Source: an uncultured Clostridia bacterium
GTDB taxonomy: Bacteria; Bacillota; Clostridia; TANB77; CAG-508
Length of the DNA stretch: 64,000 nucleotides
NCBI GenBank assembly: GCA_944386655.1
Contig: CALXBX010000009.1
Coordinates: forward strand, 67,833 to 131,832
Reading direction: 5' to 3'
Part shown: piece after piece, positions 1 through 8,929 of the stretch
Layout: each line of letters opens with the position of its first letter
Numbering within the stretch: the stretch's first letter is position 1
Notes under the pieces: model-generated
Told to the model about the DNA's origin: nothing
What the model saw: the letters and a program-made list of their open reading frames with translations, nothing else
Database searches by the model: none
Made by a program: the position numbers and the translations under genes

Positions 1-85
1 AATAAATAAAAAAGATTCTCTAGGAATTCCAAATTATGGAGAATGGTATATAGAAACTAAACCAAACCAAAATGCGAGAGAAGAA

Positions 86-853
86 ATGATTAAAATTCAT
101 GAATTTATAAAAGATGTATTAGCAAGCAATAAAGTAACAGAATTTCAAGGTGAAAATAAAAGGTTACAATTTATAAATTATGGAAGAACACAACTTGTAT
201 ATGTGCTTACAATTAATGAGAATAGACAATATACTTTACTTGTAACTCAACCGGCTGCTAATAAAGGAATAGGAAAAAAAGAATTTAGCAATTTAAATAC
301 TTTAAGCCAAAAAAGTAATTTAGTAATTAAACCATTATATTATTTTCAAGATGAAAAAAGAGAATTATATGTAACTCCATATTTTTACCAATCAAGGTGC
401 ATAGGGATAGAAACAAGAGATTGGGGAATGTGGGTTCCAGAACCAACATATCATTTTAGAAAATATTCTACTCAAGAAAGAAATACAATTAATTCTGCAA
501 TGGTTTCAGCTCTAGTAAGTTTATATGATTCTGAAAGAAAAGTAGGACTTTCAGAATGTAGATTAGATGGTGGAGATTTTATGTTAGAAAAAGGTTTTGA
601 AAGTGAAAATTTAGATATAGAAAATATATTAAAAAATATGAAACTAATTGCAGCAAGAAATTTGGTTGAAATGCCTTTAGAGAATTATATTTCACAAATG
701 AGAAGAGAACTTTTAGGAAAAGAAAAAGAAAATATAATTTTAGGAAAAATATTAAAATGCGCAATGACAGAAAAAGAAGTTGACGAAGGAATACAATATG
801 GTTTAGAATTAAGAAACAAAAGCAAAGAAAATAAAAAGCAGATGACATTATAA
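86..853 (+). CDS. hypothetical protein (255 aa)
   Basis: Long ORF directly upstream of the RhuM-family gene; no motif I can assign confidently. Confidence 0.4.
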   Translation: MIKIHEFIKDVLASNKVTEFQGENKRLQFINYGRTQLVYVLTINENRQYTLLVTQPAANKGIGKKEFSNLNTLSQKSNLVIKPLYYFQDEKRELYVTPYFYQSRCIGIETRDWGMWVPEPTYHFRKYSTQERNTINSAMVSALVSLYDSERKVGLSECRLDGGDFMLEKGFESENLDIENILKNMKLIAARNLVEMPLENYISQMRRELLGKEKENIILGKILKCAMTEKEVDEGIQYGLELRNKSKENKKQMTL

Positions 854-870
854 GAAAAAGGAGGTAAAGA

Positions 871-1908
871 ATGGCAAAGGATTTGATAATTAGAAGCAGT
901 AGTGCTGAATTTTTAATTTTTGAAAGACAAACTCATGATAAGGGAATACAAGTTAGATTTGAAAATGGTGATTTATGGTTGACTCAAAAAGCAATGTCAG
1001 AACTATATAACTGTTCACCTGATAATATAGGATTACATTTAAAAAATATTTATAACGATTTAGAACTTGACCAAAATTCAACTACCGAGGATTTCTCGGT
1101 AGTTCAAAAAGAAGGTATAAGAGAAGTTACTAGAAAATTAAAGTACTACAATTTAGATGCGGTTATCTCCGTTGGCTATCGAGTTAATTCAGACAGAGCA
1201 ATTCAATTTAGAAGATGGGCTACAAATATATTAAAAGAATTTTCTAAAAGGGGATATATTATAGATAAAAAGAGAATGGCAAATGGTGCGTTTTTTGATG
1301 AGGATTATTACGATTCATTACTTGCAGAAATTAGAGAAATAAGATTATCAGAAAGAAGATTTTATCAAAAAATCACAGATATTTACGCAACAAGTGTTGA
1401 CTATGATAGAAAATCACCAACTACAATTAAATTTTTTAAGAAAGTACAAAACAAAATGCATTATGCAGTATCTCATCAAACAGCAGCAGAAATAGTTTAT
1501 AATAGAGCTGATTCAGAAAAAGAGCATATGGGGCTTACATTATGGAAGAATTTCCCAGATGGCAAAATACTTGAAACAGATGTTACAATTGCTAAAAACT
1601 ATTTATCTAAAGAAGAGTTAGAACAATTGGAATTGATAGTGACTGCTTTTTTAGATTTGGCAGAAGCAAGAGCAAGAAGACATATACCAATGACTATGGA
1701 AGATTGGGCAAGCAGAATTGATAAATTTTTATTAGCGGATGATAGAGATATATTAAAAGATGCAGGAAAAATATCACATGAAATAGCTTGTGATAAAGCA
1801 CTAACAGAGTTTGAAAAATATAGAGTAAAACAAGATAAATTATATAAATCAGATTTTGATTTATTGTTAGAAGAAGTGGAAAAGCAGGAGAGTGAAAACA
1901 ATGAATGA
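871..1908 (+). CDS. RhuM-family (virulence-protein RhuM-like) protein
   Basis: RBS aaaggagg 8 nt upstream; sequence pattern (…LDAVISVGYRVNSDRAIQFRRWAT…) typical of the RhuM family. Confidence 0.55.
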   Translation: MAKDLIIRSSSAEFLIFERQTHDKGIQVRFENGDLWLTQKAMSELYNCSPDNIGLHLKNIYNDLELDQNSTTEDFSVVQKEGIREVTRKLKYYNLDAVISVGYRVNSDRAIQFRRWATNILKEFSKRGYIIDKKRMANGAFFDEDYYDSLLAEIREIRLSERRFYQKITDIYATSVDYDRKSPTTIKFFKKVQNKMHYAVSHQTAAEIVYNRADSEKEHMGLTLWKNFPDGKILETDVTIAKNYLSKEELEQLELIVTAFLDLAEARARRHIPMTMEDWASRIDKFLLADDRDILKDAGKISHEIACDKALTEFEKYRVKQDKLYKSDFDLLLEEVEKQESENNE

Positions 1909-2800
1909 TAATTTGAACATTAACTGGTACCCAGGTCATATGGCAAAAACCAAAAAACAAATTATGCAGGATATAGCACTAGTAGATGTGGTATTAGAAC
2001 TATTGGATGCAAGAATTCCCATTGCTAGCAGTAATCCAGAATGGGAAGAAATGCTAAAAAATAAGAAAAGAATAATTGTTTTGAATAAAGCAGATTTGGC
2101 AGAGGAAAAGGAAAACCAAAAGTGGGTATCGTACTTTGCTGCAAAAGGAATAGAGGCTGTTTGTACAGATGCTAGCAGTGGACGTGGAATACCAGAATTA
2201 ATGAAAAAAATAGAAGAAGTAGCTAGCGAAAAACAGAAGCAATTAGGAGAAAAAGGCAGAGTTGGAAAATCCATTCGAGTCATGATTTTAGGAATTCCAA
2301 ATGTGGGTAAATCTTCTATGATAAACCGTATGACCAAAAAAGCATCTGCCATAGTAGGAAATAAGCCAGGAGTAACAAGGCAAAAACAATGGGTTCGATT
2401 ATCCAATAGTAATATTGAATTGTTAGATACACCGGGCATGTTATGGCCAAAATTACAAACACAAGAAATAGCTATGCATTTAGCTTATACAGGAACGATA
2501 AAAGATGATATCATGCCAATGATAGAAATAGCTTATGATTTAACAAAATTTTTACTACAAAATAAAAAGAAAGCTTTTATGGAGAGATATCATTTAGAAG
2601 AAAAAGAAATAGATACTATTTTAGCAAATGACCAACAAGAGGAAAATGAAAATATATTAGAAATTATGTACTTAGTAGGAAAAAAGAGAGGAGCAGTACT
2701 TTCTGGAGGAAGAATAGATGAAGAAAAAACAGCTAGGATTTTACTAGATGATTTTAGAAGCGGAAAAATAGGAAGAATTACAGTAGAAACTGTAAAATAA
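1892..2800 (+). CDS. rbgA: ribosome biogenesis GTPase A (circularly permuted GTPase)
   Basis: NWYPGHM start motif, NKADL (G4) preceding GIPNVGKSS (G1) and DTPGML (G3) = permuted YlqF/RbgA order. Confidence 0.85.
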   Translation: MKTMNDNLNINWYPGHMAKTKKQIMQDIALVDVVLELLDARIPIASSNPEWEEMLKNKKRIIVLNKADLAEEKENQKWVSYFAAKGIEAVCTDASSGRGIPELMKKIEEVASEKQKQLGEKGRVGKSIRVMILGIPNVGKSSMINRMTKKASAIVGNKPGVTRQKQWVRLSNSNIELLDTPGMLWPKLQTQEIAMHLAYTGTIKDDIMPMIEIAYDLTKFLLQNKKKAFMERYHLEEKEIDTILANDQQEENENILEIMYLVGKKRGAVLSGGRIDEEKTARILLDDFRSGKIGRITVETVK

Positions 2801-2858
2801 AGAATGAGGTTTATAGGTAAATCCTTTTTGTAAAAACCTAAATATTAGTATATAAGGA

Positions 2859-3290
2859 ATGCGGAGAAGATTGGAAGAAAAAGAAGAATTGATACAGAGA
2901 AAAAAAGAGATAGAAGAAGTAAGACAAATGTCACCATTAGTATGGGCATATATTGGAGATAGTATTTATGAGTTGTATATAAGAATGTATTTAGTACAAA
3001 GTACAAAATTAAAACCACATTATTTACATATTAAAGCTATACAATATGTAAAAGCAGGAGCTCAGGCAGAAATATTAAGAAACATAGAAGAACATTTAAC
3101 AGAAGAAGAAAAAGAAATTATGCGAAGAGGTAGAAATGCAGAAAACCACCATTTACCTAAAAATGCAAGTAGTACAGAGTATAGATATTCCACAGCATTA
3201 GAAGCGTTAATTGGATATTTATATTTGACTAAGCAGGATGAACGATTAAAAGAAATACTAAAATTATGCATAGAAAATGGAAAAATGTGA
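2859..3290 (+). CDS. mrnC: mini-ribonuclease III
   Basis: AYIGDSIYELY catalytic motif and RGRNA motif; size about 140 aa; exact start uncertain. Confidence 0.75.
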   Translation: MRRRLEEKEELIQRKKEIEEVRQMSPLVWAYIGDSIYELYIRMYLVQSTKLKPHYLHIKAIQYVKAGAQAEILRNIEEHLTEEEKEIMRRGRNAENHHLPKNASSTEYRYSTALEALIGYLYLTKQDERLKEILKLCIENGKM

Positions 3291-3344
3291 AAATGGTTGA
3301 CATGGGGGCAAAAAAATGGTATTATATTAAAGTATCTAAGAAAA

Positions 3345-3419
3345 GGCCCCTTGGTCAAGCGGTTAAGACGCAGCCCTCTCAAGGCTGAATCATGGGTTCG
3401 ATTCCCGTAGGGGTCACCA
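3345..3419 (+). tRNA. tRNA-Glu (anticodon CUC)
   Basis: Manual cloverleaf: acceptor GGCCCCT/AGGGGTC, anticodon stem CAGCC/GGCTG with loop CTCTCAA, T-loop TTCGATT, discriminator A + CCA. Confidence 0.75.
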
Positions 3420-3431
3420 ATTTTATAAAAA

Positions 3432-3480
3432 AAATAGAGTATCGACGATTACAAAAAATAATCTTGATACTCTATTTTTT
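3432..3480 (+). terminator. rho-independent terminator after tRNA
   Basis: Hairpin atagagtatc…gatactctat followed by TTTTTT. Confidence 0.7.
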
Positions 3481-3622
3481 GTTTTCCCACTTTTTTCCCA
3501 CTTTGGCTATAGTATATTGTTCAATTTGATGCAACCTGATTTAAGTTAAGAGAATAATACTCACAAGATAACATAAAAAGAATTGAAGGAGAAGGAGAAG
3601 AGAGAGAAAATAAAAATAATAC

Positions 3623-3651
3623 TTGACGTTAACCAAAAGGTAATATAAAAT
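3623..3651 (+). promoter_or_regulatory. sigma-A type promoter for pilin-like gene
   Basis: TTGACG-17 nt-TAAAAT about 55 nt upstream of the 3707 start. Confidence 0.4.
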
Positions 3652-3706
3652 AAAAGTATAAAATATAAGAAATTGGGAAACATAGGAAAAAAGGAGAAAA
3701 AGTGGA

Positions 3707-4463
3707 ATGGAAAGAAATAAAGGAATAACGATGATATCTTTGGCTGTGACGATAATTGTTCTTATTATCTTAGCGGGAGTAACCATAAATACATTAGTAG
3801 GAGATAATGGAATTATTACTATGGCACAGAAAGCAAAAGAAAATACAGAGTTAGCTAAGTTAGAAGAAGAGCAACAACTAAATAATCTATATGAAGAATT
3901 ACAAAATAACGGAGGAGTCATAGAGGATGGTTCTGGCGCAGAAGCAATAGAAAAGTTAAAAAATTTTAAAAAAGTAATAGCAACAGCAATAACCAATGAG
4001 GGAGTACCAACGCTAGAAACAGATACAGAAGAGACAATGGCAGAAAATATAGGAAAAATATTACAAGAAAGAACGAAAGATGCCACTGCTACAGCAGAAG
4101 ACATAGCAGAAGGAAAAACTGCTTGGGTAAATGGAGAAAAAATAACAGGTACACGGTGCTACAACTACTTCATCAACACGTATTTTGTTAGGGACTATTT
4201 CTGGAAGTGGAACAATAGATGTAAAGAATTTTTATGACAAGTATGAAACCTTAACAAATGAAAATTTTGCCTATGCTATAACAAGTAGAACAATAAGTTT
4301 CGGAAATATTTCTAGTTATAGTGGAGGTGTGGCTGTTCCTTCTTTAAGCTACAATGCTTCAACTGGAATATTATCTATTACAAATTTATCAGCTTCAACA
4401 TATGTTGCAGGAAGGGATTCTTATTCGATTAGTGCTAGTGCCAATATTTATCTTTATATTTAA
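3707..4463 (+). CDS. type IV pilin-like protein (class III signal peptide); +1 frameshift at 4154
   Basis: N-terminus MERNKG/ITMISLAVTIIVLIILAGV…NGIITMAQKAKENT shared with four paralogs. ORF 3707..4237 ends in an aberrant Cys/aromatic tail, while the +1 frame (to 4463) continues as a Ser/Thr-rich beta-type sequence. Removing c4154 (CGG codon) joins them. Confidence 0.6.
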
Positions 4464-4621
4464 TTTAAATGAACCTAATTATTAAGCAGCTTTAAGCTTA
4501 GATAATTGGGTTTATTTTTTTGTAAGAATGTCCCACTCATCCATGATATTTTTGGGACACATCTTGAAAAAAGAATACGAATATGGTATAAATAAAATGT
4601 ACACAATATGTCATAAAAGGA

Positions 4622-4744
4622 GGTTTTTTTCATGGCAAAGAAGAAAAAAATGGATGCAGGAAAAGTATTTACAAGAGTAATGGCAGGAATTTTAGCAGCA
4701 TTAATGGTGCTTAGTGTGGCCGGAACACTTGTATATTATATCAT
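4622..4744 (+). CDS. small membrane protein (40 aa)
   Basis: Strong RBS aaaggagg 9 nt upstream; MAKKKKMDAGKVFTRVMAGILAALMVLSVAGTLVYYIIML = single TM micro-protein directly upstream of cdaA. Confidence 0.4.
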
Positions 4745-4767
4745 TATGTTATAAAGAGGAAAAATAA

Positions 4768-5703
4768 ATGGAAAATGATTTTTTAGCAGTATTTCAAAAT
4801 TTTTGGAAAATAAATGTAGTAAATTATTTAAATGAATTACAACAGAATCCTTTTAGAGTAGTAATGCTTGCATTAGATATTACAATTGTTGTTTTTTTAG
4901 TATATAAGTTTGTAAAGACGGCAAGAAATTCTAGAGTTTGGCAATTAATAAAAGGAATTGTACTTTTAATTATCTTAACTGCAGTGAGTGGATGGCTTCA
5001 CTTAGATATTTTAAATTATCTTTTAACATCTGTTATGACCTATGGTGTTATTGCGATGATTGTAATCTTTCAGCCAGAACTTAGAAGAGCATTGGAACAA
5101 TTAGGAACCAATAAATTAACAAAATTTTTTGGAATTGATAAAGATATTATTACAAAAACAAAAGAAGATGTATACAAAATTGTTATTGCAGCAGAAGAAC
5201 TTTCTAAAAATAAGACAGGTGGGCTAATTGTTATTGAAAGAGAAATTAAATTAAAAGATATTGCAGAAACTGGGGTAGAAATAGGAGCAGAAGTTTCTCC
5301 ACAATTATTAGTAAACTTATTTGTGCCTAATACACCACTTCATGATGGTGCCGTTGTCATTGCAAACAATAAAATAGAGGCAGCAGCTTGTATTTTGCCA
5401 TTAACGGATGATAAAGAATTAGCGAAAGAATTAGGTACAAGGCATAGAGCGGGCATTGGAATTTCTAAAGAAACAGATGCCATTGCGGTGATTGTATCAG
5501 AAGAAACAGGAAAGATATCCATTGCTAAAGAAGGAACGCTTATTGCAGATTTAAAAGAAGAAGCATTAAAGAAAATTTTAATTAAAGCAGTAGTTACCTC
5601 TCGCTTTGGAGAAGAAACCGGTGTAAAGGCACAAAGAATAAAGAAATTAAAATCAAGATTTCAAAAAGAAAAAGAAGAAAATAAAAAGGAAGAAGATAAG
5701 TGA
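4768..5703 (+). CDS. cdaA: diadenylate cyclase (c-di-AMP synthase), membrane-anchored
   Basis: 3 N-terminal TM helices + DAC domain motifs (…TPLHDGAVVI…, …TRHRAGIG…). Confidence 0.85.
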   Translation: MENDFLAVFQNFWKINVVNYLNELQQNPFRVVMLALDITIVVFLVYKFVKTARNSRVWQLIKGIVLLIILTAVSGWLHLDILNYLLTSVMTYGVIAMIVIFQPELRRALEQLGTNKLTKFFGIDKDIITKTKEDVYKIVIAAEELSKNKTGGLIVIEREIKLKDIAETGVEIGAEVSPQLLVNLFVPNTPLHDGAVVIANNKIEAAACILPLTDDKELAKELGTRHRAGIGISKETDAIAVIVSEETGKISIAKEGTLIADLKEEALKKILIKAVVTSRFGEETGVKAQRIKKLKSRFQKEKEENKKEEDK

Positions 5704-6447
5704 GAAATATAAAATTAACTATAGAATATGATGGAAAAGACTTTAATGGATGGCAAAAACAGCCCCAAAAGCTAAATATTCAAGGAGAAATAGAAAGAGC
5801 AATAGAATTAGTAACAGGGGAAAAAGTAGATTTAATAGGAGCTGGCAGAACAGATGCAGGAGTACATGCATTAGGACAAGTGGCAAATTTTAAAATAGAA
5901 AATACATCTATTCCTATAGAAAAAATGGCAGTGGCATTAAACTCTAAATTAAAAAGAAGCATTCGCATACAAAAAGCAGAAGAAGTGGACCTGCAATTTC
6001 ATGCCAGATACCATTGCAAACAAAAAACATACTATTATGTTATAGACAATACAGAGCAAGGAAGCGCTATTTATCGAAACTTAGAATATCACATGCCAAT
6101 TCCTTTAGATGTAGAGAAAATGAAGCAGGCAATTTCTTATTTTGAAGGAGAGCATGATTTTAAAGGATTTAAAGCAAGTGGAACAAGTAGTAAAAGTAGT
6201 GTAAGAACGATTTATAAAGCAGATGTAGCAACAGAAAATGGAAAAGTTTTTATACAACTAACAGGAAATGGCTTTTTATATAACATGGTAAGAATTATAG
6301 CAGGAACTATGGTGGATGTAGGACTTCGGAAAAATAAAACCAGAAGAGATTCCAGACATTATTGCCTCTAAAGATAGAACGAGAGCAGGAAAAACTTTGC
6401 CAGCACAAGGGCTATTTTTGATGAAAGTGGATTATGAAGAAAAATAA
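5700..6447 (+). CDS. truA: tRNA pseudouridine(38-40) synthase TruA; +1 frameshift at 6327
   Basis: TruA N-terminus ([24 protein letters not shown]). ORF stops at 6371, but the +1 frame encodes the canonical C-terminus [36 protein letters not shown]. The inserted c in cttCgga creates a CGG codon. Confidence 0.8.
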
Positions 6448-6508
6448 AGTCACCAAAAAAAGACAAAAAGCATAAGATATAGCAAAAGAGGATAAGGAGA
6501 GAAATGAT

Positions 6509-6964
6509 ATGAATATTTTATTAATCCTTTTTGCTTTACCTATTGCAACTATTTTATTAGCAATTGTTTTACAAAAAATATTAAAATGCCCAGTACTTGT
6601 CGCGATTACTTTTTTTGCCATATACTTAATTGTAGCTTTTGCATTTTTTGGTGTAAGTTTCTTAATTTTGGTTATTATTTACACAGCTTTGGCCTATATA
6701 ACAGCAGTAATCGTAAAATGCTTGATAAAAAGAGGATGTGAAATTTGTGGAGAAAGAAGAAATTGTACTTCGCAAACGGATACCATTTCTCTTAGCGATG
6801 CAGATGTGGCAAGAATAGCGGGGCAAATATTAGTGCAGGCAAATAATAATGGATGTACTTGCCAAAATAATAATAGTAATCAAAACACTGCTCCAACAGT
6901 GGCGAGAGTGAATATACGAGACAATAATTGTAATCAATCTAGTTGGTGTTGTTTTAGAAGATAA
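6509..6964 (+). CDS. membrane protein with Cys/Asn-rich C-terminal tail
   Basis: 3-4 predicted TM helices then CEICGERRNC…CTCQNNNSNQN…NNCNQSSWCCFRR. Confidence 0.5.
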   Translation: MNILLILFALPIATILLAIVLQKILKCPVLVAITFFAIYLIVAFAFFGVSFLILVIIYTALAYITAVIVKCLIKRGCEICGERRNCTSQTDTISLSDADVARIAGQILVQANNNGCTCQNNNSNQNTAPTVARVNIRDNNCNQSSWCCFRR

Positions 6965-7109
6965 AAATGCGAACAATGGAAAAAAATACCATTGTTCTTT
7001 TTTTGCGTTTTTTTGCGAATTGGAAAAAAAAGAAAGAATTTTATTTCATAATTCCAGAAAATATAACACATACTACAATTATAAAATAAAAAAAGGAGGA
7101 AAAATTTTT

Positions 7110-8180
7110 ATGAAGAAAAAAATTTGCACAATGTTAGTGGTTGGAATTTTAGCAATTATTAGTTTACTAACAGGAAATACTTATGCAGATACAATAGATA
7201 CCATTCAAATAGATACCAATAAAACGATTGTAAGGCCTGGAGAACAAGTAACTGTAACCGTTTCTTTTGGACAAGAATTAGGGACTTATACTATGGATAT
7301 AGCTTATGATAATGCTCTATTTGAGTATGTATCCGCAGAAGGTGGAACACCAAATGATTTATCTAATAAAGTAAGAGTAGTATTTCATGATTCATCAGGA
7401 GGTACTAACCCTAGAACCAATATGAGTGTTACCTTTAAAGCAAAAGAAGGCATTACTACATCTAACCCTACAGAATTTACTGTAACAGCAGAGGGAATGG
7501 CAAATGCGGATGCTTCTGTTACTTATGACGATATTTTAGTACCAATAGTAAAAAATGTAACCGTAGAGCCAGAATATGTAGATTATACTTTTGATTTACA
7601 ATACACAAATCCTGTAATCAAAGAGAAAGAAACAGAAATGGTACTTTCCTATTCTTCTCCAATGGGACGCTATTATGAACATGCAAGATTAATTGCAGAA
7701 GCAGCTACACCATCTGGAGCAAGCATCACATTAGTAGGAATAGATGAGGCACAACTAAAACACGACCTAATACAAAGTGGATGGGGAGACGCACAAGGCT
7801 ATAAAATAGGAGGAGAAGATGTTCTACAAGAATTACAATTAACAGGGACTTTTTCAGAAGTGGGAAGTTATACTCTAACCTTCAAATTGATTGATAGAGA
7901 TAATTCTGATACTGTAATTGCACAAAAAGCATTTCAAATTACAGTAACAGAAGAACAAACTGTGCCAAGTTTGCCAGAAACAAATAGGCCAGAAGAAAAT
8001 GCACCAGAAACAAACAAGCCACAAACAAATACCACAGTAAACGAAACAACACAAAATACTGTAAATAACGAAGAAATGCCAAGTAAATTACCTAAAACAG
8101 GTGATAATATTTATATTCCAATGGCTATTCTATTAATCTTAGTAGTTGCTATAGGTGTAAAAATCAATCATAAAAAATAG
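7110..8180 (+). CDS. LPXTG cell-wall-anchored surface protein with N-terminal cohesin-like domain
   Basis: RBS aaaggagg; signal peptide; cohesin-like segment (…VTVTVSFGQELGTYTMDIAYDNALFEYVSAEGG…); Pro/Thr/Asn-rich linker; LPKTG + TM + KINHKK tail. Confidence 0.7.
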   Translation: MKKKICTMLVVGILAIISLLTGNTYADTIDTIQIDTNKTIVRPGEQVTVTVSFGQELGTYTMDIAYDNALFEYVSAEGGTPNDLSNKVRVVFHDSSGGTNPRTNMSVTFKAKEGITTSNPTEFTVTAEGMANADASVTYDDILVPIVKNVTVEPEYVDYTFDLQYTNPVIKEKETEMVLSYSSPMGRYYEHARLIAEAATPSGASITLVGIDEAQLKHDLIQSGWGDAQGYKIGGEDVLQELQLTGTFSEVGSYTLTFKLIDRDNSDTVIAQKAFQITVTEEQTVPSLPETNRPEENAPETNKPQTNTTVNETTQNTVNNEEMPSKLPKTGDNIYIPMAILLILVVAIGVKINHKK

Positions 8181-8251
8181 AAAAGAAAAGTGTTTCCTTG
8201 AAAAAGCAAGGTAAACACTTACATAGCTGTGTAATACAAGGAGAAAAAATA

Positions 8252-8866
8252 ATGAAACTCAAGAAAATCATCATCAATTTATTTCTCATAGTAACCATAG
8301 TAGGCATTCTTATGTGGATGATAAGCAAAAAAGGAGAAGACGAAGAAATAGAAGAAAAGAATAATATTCTATTATGGAATGAAACACAAATGGCAGTGCA
8401 AAATTTAATGCGAAATAATGTAGAAAAAGTAGAAAAACAATATCCAAAAGAAAATGTGGCACAAGAATATAAAGGATATATCGTAGAGGCAAAATTAGAA
8501 ATACCAGATATTGCATTAGAAACCTATATTTTGCAAGAAAATACAGAGAAAGCTCTAAATACAGCTGTAGTAAAAATATATGGTGCTACACCAAATCGTG
8601 TAGGAAACTTATGTGTGGCAGGGCATAATGCACCATATAATACTAACATGTTTCGAGATTTAAAAGATTTAGAAGTGGGAGAAAATTTATACGTAATAGA
8701 TAATGAAGTAGGACGAGTAGAATATATCATTTACGATATTTATAAAGTATATCCAGAAGACGTAAGTTGCCTATCACAGGAGACAAACGGAGAAAAAGAA
8801 GTAACCTTAATTACTTGCACGAATGACTCTACACAAAGGCGCATTATAAAAGCAAGAGAAGTGTAA
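8252..8866 (+). CDS. sortase family transpeptidase
   Basis: N-terminal TM, catalytic His (CVAGHN) and TLITCT cysteine motif, Arg downstream; adjacent to its LPKTG substrate. Confidence 0.75.
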   Translation: MKLKKIIINLFLIVTIVGILMWMISKKGEDEEIEEKNNILLWNETQMAVQNLMRNNVEKVEKQYPKENVAQEYKGYIVEAKLEIPDIALETYILQENTEKALNTAVVKIYGATPNRVGNLCVAGHNAPYNTNMFRDLKDLEVGENLYVIDNEVGRVEYIIYDIYKVYPEDVSCLSQETNGEKEVTLITCTNDSTQRRIIKAREV

Positions 8867-8879
8867 TTGTGCAATTTAG

Positions 8880-8908
8880 GGACGTTCCTTAAATTGCATT
8901 CCTAAAGT
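8880..8908. repeat. palindromic repeat, GGGACGTTCC-core family (copy a)
   Basis: tgcaatttaGGGACGTTCCttaaattgca; same family at 29422, 29532, 47996, 48044, 50165, 55564. Confidence 0.8.
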
Positions 8909-8929
8909 TCATGAAAGGAAAGAATAAAA

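Noticed and set aside
3541-4104. 187-aa reverse-strand ORF overlapping the 3707 pilin gene; similar antisense ORFs at 579-848, 1599-1960, 14329-14667, 38491-38796, 41100-41830, 52801-53358 and 61984-62589
   Set aside because: These lie antisense to well-supported genes in AT-rich DNA, have low-complexity hydrophobic translations and no RBS. They are typical spurious ORFs.
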